IMG/VR virus record: IMGVR_UViG_3300044998_000260
Span: 1 to 21,308 of that record
From: a virus
DNA: 21,308 nt
Reading direction: 5' to 3' (one strand)
This document shows positions 1 to 6,592 of this stretch, piece after piece. The notes beneath the pieces are model-generated. The model was not told where the DNA came from, did no database searches, and worked only from the letters and a program-made list of their open reading frames with translations. Made by a program: the position numbers and the translations under genes. Numbering within the stretch: position 1 is the first letter of the stretch; each line of letters starts with the position of its first letter.

Positions 1-133
1 TATGTTCAGCAATTGTATCTGCTATTTTAGTATACAATTGACCTTGGAATTGTTCACATCCTTCCGCCGACACTACAACTAAATGTATATCGGAAGAATT
101 TTGTATTGTGTTTAGCAGTTTATTTATATCCAT
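1..133 (-). CDS. Small protein, possibly thioredoxin-like fold (partial, runs off window start)
   Basis: Not in ORF track. ATG at 133-131 opens MDINKLLNTIQNSSDIHLVVVSAEGCEQFQGQLYTKIADTIAEH... with no stop before base 1. Helix followed by LVVVSAEGC resembles the thioredoxin 'hhhF.A.WC' strand but has a single Cys. Confidence 0.55.
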   Translation of the reverse strand, partial: MDINKLLNTIQNSSDIHLVVVSAEGCEQFQGQLYTKIADTIAEH

Positions 134-164
134 AAAATAACCGAGTAAAGAAATTTAAGTTAAC

Positions 165-2333
165 TTATTGCTCGTATTCATTACATTTAAACAGACTACC
201 GCCACACAAATAACTATCCGTACAGAGATCTTCACCGCAGAATCCATCGGCAACAACTGCGGTCGTGCCGATGCAGTATAAGAATGTGCCTTGTGGCGGA
301 CAACTTGTTGTGGTTGTTGTAGTTGAAGTCGTTGTAGTTGAAGTCGTTGTAGTTGAAGTCGTTGTAGTTGAAGTCGTTGTGGTTGAAGTCGTTGTTGGTG
401 GTGATGTAGTGGTGGTTGTCGTTCCAGCTTCTGTAGTCGTGGTTGTAGTTGAAGTCGTTGTTGGTGGTGATGTAGTTGTGGTTGTAGTTGAAGTCGTTGT
501 TGTAGAAGTCGTTGTTGTAGTTGTGGTTGGCACAGAACATACGGGATCATTTGTAACGAATTGCACTCCACAGAAACCATCCGCGTATACACCCGTAGTA
601 CCGACACAGTATAAGAATGTACCGGCAGGTGCACAAGTTGTCGTCGTCGTGGTCGTCGTCGTCGGCGCAGCCGTGGTCGTGGTCGTGGTTGTCGTCGTCG
701 TCGGCGCACCTGTGGTTGTCGTCGTCGTCGTGGTTGGTCCGGCCGTGGTCGTCGTGGTTGTTGTCGTGGTCGGATCAGCCAATTTTTTAGGAACAAATAT
801 TGTTTGTGATATTTTAGTAGCATCAGGAATATTTACATTGTAATTTGTTTCAAATATACAAAAATAATCATGATCTGCCCGAGGCAATACAAAATTGTTA
901 TTAACAACGATTGGTGTGGGAGAATTATTCGCCGGTAACAACTCTGCTGCTATTTCATACGGACCTTCCAATGACGAGGTGATGTTATATACACTGGATG
1001 TTAATATGTAATATACATTTTGTACGTTACTCCCAGTAACGGATTCATAATGAAATTGTATTGCGTTATTGACCATCTCGGTTGGATATACCACCAATCG
1101 TGCGTTGTCAACTACAATTGGTGGAATTAATACAGAACTGTAAGCCGGCAACCGAACGATATTAAGTATTGGTGAAAACGCCACAAAATCAACGGTTGTA
1201 ACATCTCGATAGTTACTTCTGATGATACGCCAGAAACTTTGTGTAAATGATTGAGAAATAAACTGTGCAAATGTTGCATTTGTAAATTTTCGAATTTGTA
1301 CTGATGGCGTAACTTGATTTAGTGGATCGGATGCATTTACTCGAATAATAGATTCGGTTAAACTAACATTTGATAAAACATCACTAAACATTAGAATTGG
1401 ACGTGGGGTAGCATTACCACCAACAACTTCAAAATTACCAGATATTACAAGTGTATTGGTTCGTGAATTATAAGAAAGACGATTACCTAAACTGAATACC
1501 GGCCCTATGCTGGACGATCCAACAAGGAACGGCGTGTTCACATTATTAAAATGTCCGGCACCAATAAAAATAGCCGGTGCATCACTTTCCACGCCAGCAG
1601 ATCCAGTAAATCCTCGTGCTGTTAAAGTGATGCCGTTGATGTCAGATACATCGCCTACTGTGATAGTCCCGCCAAGATAGTTATTTTTACCTTGAATAAA
1701 TACATTGCCACCATCGAACGGTTGTATATCACTCGTAAGTTCTACAGGAAATAGGTTGTTGTTTGAATCATATAGTTCAACCTTAAATTGTAGATTTTCC
1801 AACCGTTTATTATTTAATACCGTTGATGAAAACGCCGTAGCTGGATTAAATCCATATGCAGTGGCAGATGTAACACTTACATTTGAAATGTTCCATATAC
1901 CCGAATACACCACAAATCGTAGATATGCGGTACCTGATCTACTAATTTTTAAATTTTTACTTTGAACTTCATAAATTTTATATCGATTGGTTTTGTCTAC
2001 TACAAATGTGTCGAGCAAATATCCCAAATAATTCGATTCGGGAAATGCATCGCCGACCAGGTAAACTTCCAATTTGCTATCAACCGTATACTCAGAAAAC
2101 GACGTGAGTGTGGGTTTATATGTAATGGTGTATTCTTCATCTTTATTGAATGTTAACGGCTTTTTGGGACCAAAAAAATATAACGGAGTAGATGTATTCG
2201 CATTGGTATAGTCAGCACCGGTCAATCGTACCGCATCAATGGCATAGGTGGAGTCATAAATAAGATTTAGATCTCCACCAACATTGTCATCGAAATCAGA
2301 AAACGGTACAAAACTAAACGGTAATAAAAACAT
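165..2333 (-). CDS. Phage virion structural/tail-associated protein, beta-rich, with C-terminal poly-Thr tracts and Cys-rich repeats
   Basis: 722-aa ORF, ATG start, TAA stop. Beta-rich body, two Thr tracts, and two copies of CxPxGTFLYCxGTTxVxADGFCG (234-302, 567-635). Confidence 0.8.
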   Translation of the reverse strand: MFLLPFSFVPFSDFDDNVGGDLNLIYDSTYAIDAVRLTGADYTNANTSTPLYFFGPKKPLTFNKDEEYTITYKPTLTSFSEYTVDSKLEVYLVGDAFPESNYLGYLLDTFVVDKTNRYKIYEVQSKNLKISRSGTAYLRFVVYSGIWNISNVSVTSATAYGFNPATAFSSTVLNNKRLENLQFKVELYDSNNNLFPVELTSDIQPFDGGNVFIQGKNNYLGGTITVGDVSDINGITLTARGFTGSAGVESDAPAIFIGAGHFNNVNTPFLVGSSSIGPVFSLGNRLSYNSRTNTLVISGNFEVVGGNATPRPILMFSDVLSNVSLTESIIRVNASDPLNQVTPSVQIRKFTNATFAQFISQSFTQSFWRIIRSNYRDVTTVDFVAFSPILNIVRLPAYSSVLIPPIVVDNARLVVYPTEMVNNAIQFHYESVTGSNVQNVYYILTSSVYNITSSLEGPYEIAAELLPANNSPTPIVVNNNFVLPRADHDYFCIFETNYNVNIPDATKISQTIFVPKKLADPTTTTTTTTTAGPTTTTTTTTGAPTTTTTTTTTTAAPTTTTTTTTTCAPAGTFLYCVGTTGVYADGFCGVQFVTNDPVCSVPTTTTTTTSTTTTSTTTTTTSPPTTTSTTTTTTEAGTTTTTTSPPTTTSTTTTSTTTTSTTTTSTTTTSTTTTTTSCPPQGTFLYCIGTTAVVADGFCGEDLCTDSYLCGGSLFKCNEYEQ
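306..527 (-). repeat. Poly-Thr/Ser low-complexity tract, including 5 tandem copies of a 15-mer (gttgtagttgaagtc, 316-390; fifth copy has 1 mismatch)
   Basis: Directly visible; encodes (TTTTS)n-type repeats in the 165..2333 frame. Confidence 0.95.
636..770 (-). repeat. Poly-Thr tract, (gtc/gtg)n microsatellite-like
   Basis: Directly visible; encodes Thr runs interrupted by AGP/GAP/AAP. Confidence 0.95.
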
Positions 2334-2352
2334 TATAAAAACTCAGATATTA

Positions 2353-3393
2353 TTAGGAAAGTTGTAAAATCTTGTTTTCGTGTGATTCAACGGCCTCGTC
2401 ACTTGACATGTATACATGTGAAAAGTTTTCAGAAAGGCGGGCGACATCCGAAACTACTTGATTTAGAGGGTATGTCCAATCACCAAATATTTTCTGCTGG
2501 TATAGTGTAGCGTTGGAATACCACCGAATGGAATTGTTTGCCCAGATATAATACGGTAAACACGGGATGATAATTCGAGTATCAATTCCCATCGCCGCAC
2601 TCATATGAGCCACGCTCGTACAACTCGTCACCACTACATCCATTTGACTAAGCCACCATTGTGTATCATACCAATCATGTAATTCATGTTGAAGATCTGT
2701 AATCGTGGAAGGCAAACACTCGGTGTTTTCATCTCGTTGAAAACTATATACTTCCGCATTATTTATTTCTGCAAGCTGAAACAATGGTGTGGGATCAAAT
2801 CGACGATGTTGTTCATGTTCAAACTCGGGACTGCCGCTCCACCGAAGTCCTATACGAAATTTTGTGTGTGGCTGTTGGTGTAGTCTGGGAATATAAGGTG
2901 TTGGATCAATCGATGTCATCCCCAATACATATGCGGCAGCCATTCCAGGTACCCAATAATCGTGATCTACATATGCAGCGCCATTGACATCCACTAATTG
3001 ATGAATGAATTCAAGTTGTCGAAAAACCGGAAACATTGAACGATCTGTAGATACAATCACCTTGGCACCCATATCGTGAAAATATTTTGCGAACCGAACA
3101 TTAATAATGTGATCACCAAGTCCACCTTCACTATGAAATAGTAATGGTCGATCATGCAAGGGTTGATCTTTCCAGATTGGTTTCGTTGACGCCGGTGGCG
3201 ATCCGAATACCCGTATCCAACGACCTACATTTAATGATTCAAATCCACCCAATAAATCACCGTTTCGAATTTTATAAAATCCTAAATTATACTGTGCTCG
3301 TAAATCATCGGTAGGTAGCGATTGCAATATTGCGTAAGCCTTGTCAAATTCACCATGTAAACTATACTGTAACGCTTGATCGAGTGGGTGCAT
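2353..3393 (-). CDS. TPR-like N-terminus plus GT-B (GT9/heptosyltransferase-like) glycosyltransferase-family protein
   Basis: Motifs AQYNLG (TPR-like), 'W..QPL....LL..SEGGLGD.I...RF', DYWVP, IGLRWSG, DVVVTSCTSVAHMSAAMG and WY...LY.Q..FGDW match the TPR+GT9-like family. Confidence 0.8.
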   Translation of the reverse strand: MHPLDQALQYSLHGEFDKAYAILQSLPTDDLRAQYNLGFYKIRNGDLLGGFESLNVGRWIRVFGSPPASTKPIWKDQPLHDRPLLFHSEGGLGDHIINVRFAKYFHDMGAKVIVSTDRSMFPVFRQLEFIHQLVDVNGAAYVDHDYWVPGMAAAYVLGMTSIDPTPYIPRLHQQPHTKFRIGLRWSGSPEFEHEQHRRFDPTPLFQLAEINNAEVYSFQRDENTECLPSTITDLQHELHDWYDTQWWLSQMDVVVTSCTSVAHMSAAMGIDTRIIIPCLPYYIWANNSIRWYSNATLYQQKIFGDWTYPLNQVVSDVARLSENFSHVYMSSDEAVESHENKILQLS

Positions 3394-3399
3394 AGTTGT

Positions 3400-4500
3400 T
3401 TATACTCTCAGTATTAGTGAATGACCATCGCCTAGTTTGTTTGGTAAATCTGTAACGGTGCCGCCATGTGACCCCAATTGCACCGGTGAACTGCGGTTTG
3501 CGGTGTCACCGAGACCTAATTGACCGTTGCTATTATTTCCCCACACCCATAGCGAACCGTCAGTTTTTTGAGCCATAGTGTGATAACTACCACAAGAAAT
3601 GTTTTTCCAATCGGTTAGTGAACCTACTTGCACCGGTGAACTGCGCCTTGTGGTGTCGCCAAGACCTAATTGACCGGTGTTATTATTTCCCCACGTCCAG
3701 AGTGTTCCATCAGTTTTGACTGCGGCGGAGTAATAAATACTTCCGGCGACCCGTGCCCAATTGCTTAGTGTACCTACTTGCACCGGTGAACTGCGGTGTG
3801 TGGTGTCACCTAGACCTAATTCACTTAATATATTACCTCCCCACGCCCAGAGTGTTCCGTCGGTTTTGAGTGCAAGAGTGTGATAATAACCTCCGGCGAC
3901 CTGCGCCCAATTGCTTAGTGTACCTACTTGCACCGGTGAACTGCGGTTTGTGGTGTCACCGAGACCTAATTGACCGTAGGCATTATATCCCCACGCCCAG
4001 AGTGTTCCGTCGGTTTTGAGTGCAATGGTGTGATAATAACCTCCGGCGACCTGTTTCCAATCAGTTAGTGACCCTACTTGGACCGGTGAACTGCGGTTTG
4101 TGGTGTCACCGAGACCTAATTGACCGTAGGCATTCCACCCCCCCACCCAGAGTGTTCCATCGGTTTTGACTGCAAGAGTGTGAAAACCACCACAAGAAAA
4201 ATTTTTCCAATCAGTTAGTGAACCTACTTGGACTGGAGAACTGCGGTTTGTGAGATCGTTGAGACCTAATTGACCGTAGTTATTGCGTCCCCACGTCCAG
4301 AGTGTTCCATCAGTTTTGACTGCAACGGAATGTGATTGACCACAGGAAACATTTTTCCAATCAGTTAGTGACCCTACTTGGACTGGAGAATTGCGGTCTG
4401 TGGTGTCGCCGAGACCTAATTGACCATCGGCATTATATCCAAAACTGAAAATCTTGAAACCACCATCAACGGATGCCCTAAAAAATCTATCTCGAATCAT
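3400..4500 (-). CDS. RCC1/BLIP-II repeat 7-bladed beta-propeller protein, putative receptor-binding or adhesin head
   Basis: Seven ~50-aa repeats WxWGxNxxGQLGLGD..R.SPVQVG...W..V..G..H..A.KTDG, the canonical RCC1 repeat. Confidence 0.93.
   Translation of the reverse strand: MIRDRFFRASVDGGFKIFSFGYNADGQLGLGDTTDRNSPVQVGSLTDWKNVSCGQSHSVAVKTDGTLWTWGRNNYGQLGLNDLTNRSSPVQVGSLTDWKNFSCGGFHTLAVKTDGTLWVGGWNAYGQLGLGDTTNRSSPVQVGSLTDWKQVAGGYYHTIALKTDGTLWAWGYNAYGQLGLGDTTNRSSPVQVGTLSNWAQVAGGYYHTLALKTDGTLWAWGGNILSELGLGDTTHRSSPVQVGTLSNWARVAGSIYYSAAVKTDGTLWTWGNNNTGQLGLGDTTRRSSPVQVGSLTDWKNISCGSYHTMAQKTDGSLWVWGNNSNGQLGLGDTANRSSPVQLGSHGGTVTDLPNKLGDGHSLILRV
3481..4440. repeat. Tandem 150-bp coding repeats (6 full units + 1 partial)
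   Basis: Units start at 3481, 3631, 3781, 3931, 4081, 4231 and 4381 with no indels; shared blocks such as gacctaatt and cctacttg recur every 150 bp. Confidence 0.97.
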
Positions 4501-4503
4501 AAA

Positions 4504-5433
4504 TTATTGTCCCTTAAAACTAAGAACACCAAAGGTTCTACTACCGCTTGCAATGGTTATAAACGATAGGATATCAATGGCCCCTGAAACCGACGAAATC
4601 GAGGGTGCGGTATTTCCCGGCCACAAAATGGACGGGTGCCATGTAACAGTACGGGGACCGTCATATCGACAAATTAAAGTTGTGCTTTTAGCAAACGAGT
4701 TGCTGGGAAACCCCGTTAAATTCACGTACATACTAGTGCTCACTATTACATCATACACCGTGCCTAGCGATAGGTCTAAACTTAAAGTATTTGCAGAAAG
4801 AGAAGAACTTATTACTCGTTCTTCATAATTGGAAAACCGCACCGACCCGGTTAATGAACCAGTAACCGAACCAGAAAGTACTGTAGGTATCGGCGACCAA
4901 CTTGCGGTCAAGGCATATGAAGATGAAACAACGTTCGTTGGTGTCGGTGCCCAACTTGCGGTCAAGGCATATGAAGATGATCGAGCGGTAGATGCGGTAC
5001 TACTAAACGAAGACGACACGACGGACCCGGTAATTGAACCGGTTACGATCATAGACCCCGATACTACTAAGCTACCCGTGATTGTTACAGTTGATACATC
5101 ATAATCATATGTAACGGTTTTGTCTGCGGGAAGACCGGAAAACACATATTTCACCCCGGGCGAAAAATTTACCGGGGCGTCATTGTTGGTACTCCTATAC
5201 ACCACTTCACGAACTAATGATATGACACTAGTAGATGTAATATATCCGTATCCGGTTTCCCATTCAGACGGATTGGCATCAGCATTGACAATGGTATAAA
5301 ATGTTCTACTGCTAGTACCATAAGCAGATAAAAATGTTGAATAATTGTTGACCGAATCGGACAATATAAAATTGCCCAGTCCGGTAGACGTTGACAATTG
5401 TTTAACCCGATCACGCAATACAGGTCGAGTCAT
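4504..5433 (-). CDS. Short tail-fibre/adaptor protein
   Basis: N-terminal 'VLRDRVKQ.ST.TG.G...EWE.G.G...R..V..S.N....VNFS.G.K.VF...PA.K' phage fibre-anchor motif; TGS/SSSYALTAS shaft; C-terminal 'LDLS.G...RTVTW..SI.WPG..AP.....D.L.F.T' fibre-tip domain. Start overlaps the upstream stop (ATGA). Confidence 0.75.
   Translation of the reverse strand: MTRPVLRDRVKQLSTSTGLGNFILSDSVNNYSTFLSAYGTSSRTFYTIVNADANPSEWETGYGYITSTSVISLVREVVYRSTNNDAPVNFSPGVKYVFSGLPADKTVTYDYDVSTVTITGSLVVSGSMIVTGSITGSVVSSSFSSTASTARSSSYALTASWAPTPTNVVSSSYALTASWSPIPTVLSGSVTGSLTGSVRFSNYEERVISSSLSANTLSLDLSLGTVYDVIVSTSMYVNLTGFPSNSFAKSTTLICRYDGPRTVTWHPSILWPGNTAPSISSVSGAIDILSFITIASGSRTFGVLSFKGQ
4897..4980. repeat. Perfect 30-bp direct repeat (4897-4926 and 4951-4980)
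   Basis: ccaacttgcggtcaaggcatatgaagatga occurs twice, 54 bp apart, encoding SSYALTASW. Confidence 0.95.
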
Positions 5434-6533
5434 GGTAACGAACTCCCGGTATAATTCGAAGTAGTATCTAGAAACGATCCAAATGTCCAGTGCATATCAA
5501 CAATGTGTTGATTGGTCGTTTTCCCCGCCGAAACCAATTCATTCGACGCATGACGAGACAATAATAAATCTTTAGGCGTTATCTCTGAATCATCAATCAA
5601 TGTATAAACGGAATTATCGAATTCGTCAACAGAACGTACATATAACTTTGACCGATATATTTGTCCGGCAAAAGTTTGTAAATTTTGATATTCTACATCC
5701 ACATATGAACGAGTGTAATTGGTAATCGCAAAAACGGAACTTCCGGTATACGAAATTTTATAATCGTTGGTGATGATTGGATCAAACGAATTTGTTAAAT
5801 TCAATGACGAGGAAATGATCGCGGTACTTTTATTCAATACATCAACGACCGATCCTGTGAATGATTGTGCATTGTAAGTAAATTGTACAATACCATTGCC
5901 TATGGCCAACGATTTAAATTCATTCGTTGTATCTTGTAATTGAACCGCATAATATACAGATTTCTCTCTTTGAGGAACTATAATTGGATATGCTAACAAA
6001 CTGCCGCCACCGGTATACTCAACGAGATCGGCCACCGCCGTCTTATACGGAGCCAACCGTTCATTAACTTGAATGGTCGGTTTGGTATAGGTTCTAATAC
6101 GAGTATTGGGTAATCTAGTTGGATCAATAATAATACTGCGCGACCATCGAACGTTGTATACACCAATAAATTCGTCCGGAGGAACAACGCCGTTTATATC
6201 ACGTGCTACCTGCCCCAAGATGATCAATGTTGCCGGGCCGGGCGGCGTATCTTCATAAACTTCCACCGACACAATACGAGAAAGACCCTCTAAATAATTT
6301 TTAATGGGTCGAGTATATATGGGATTACCATTGACATCTAAAATTTCAATCAATAATTGGGTGGAATTGACCAGCCACTTTGTACCGTCAATTAAAAACG
6401 CATTTTTTCCCGCTGTAAATACATCGGGAAATTCTGAAATATTAAAATATATTGAATTTTTATCGGTATCCTCAATCCAAACTCGATATTTTTGAAGATC
6501 CTGTAAAAATGTTCTGTTGGGGATTAGTGGCAT
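5430..6533 (-). CDS. Conserved phage structural protein (hypothetical; possible N-terminal half of a split gene)
   Basis: ORF track starts at TTG 6590, but ATG at 6533 (MPLIPNRT...) is more plausible because it leaves a 59-nt AT-rich spacer. Beta-rich protein with TAGKNAFLI, IEILDVNGNPIY and YEDTPPGPATLIILG motifs. Confidence 0.75.
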   Translation of the reverse strand: MPLIPNRTFLQDLQKYRVWIEDTDKNSIYFNISEFPDVFTAGKNAFLIDGTKWLVNSTQLLIEILDVNGNPIYTRPIKNYLEGLSRIVSVEVYEDTPPGPATLIILGQVARDINGVVPPDEFIGVYNVRWSRSIIIDPTRLPNTRIRTYTKPTIQVNERLAPYKTAVADLVEYTGGGSLLAYPIIVPQREKSVYYAVQLQDTTNEFKSLAIGNGIVQFTYNAQSFTGSVVDVLNKSTAIISSSLNLTNSFDPIITNDYKISYTGSSVFAITNYTRSYVDVEYQNLQTFAGQIYRSKLYVRSVDEFDNSVYTLIDDSEITPKDLLLSRHASNELVSAGKTTNQHIVDMHWTFGSFLDTTSNYTGSSLP

Positions 6534-6558
6534 CGATGTGTAAAATAAAAGAAGACTT

Positions 6559-6579
6559 CTATAAATATTACTTTTATAG
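6559..6579 (-). promoter_or_regulatory. Candidate phage late-promoter motif TATTTAT within a 7-bp inverted repeat
   Basis: Coding-strand TATTTAT at 6567-6561, ~28 nt before ATG 6533; ctataaa/tttatag inverted repeat. The same motif occurs at similar spacing before 14373. Confidence 0.4.
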
Positions 6580-6592
6580 GCAATTTTCAAGA

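Noticed and set aside
155-843. ORFs 155..823 (-), 232..540 (-) and 265..843 (+) with Arg/Gln, Asn or Val repeats
   Set aside because: Alternative-frame shadows of the poly-Thr repeats in 165..2333.
3481-4440. Regular repeats resembling a CRISPR array
   Set aside because: Whole 150-bp units are homologous and in frame, with no unique spacers or cas genes.
2334-5433. Three-gene block as an intron or transposon
   Set aside because: No transposase, RT, terminal repeats, target duplication or non-coding ribozyme-sized space was seen.
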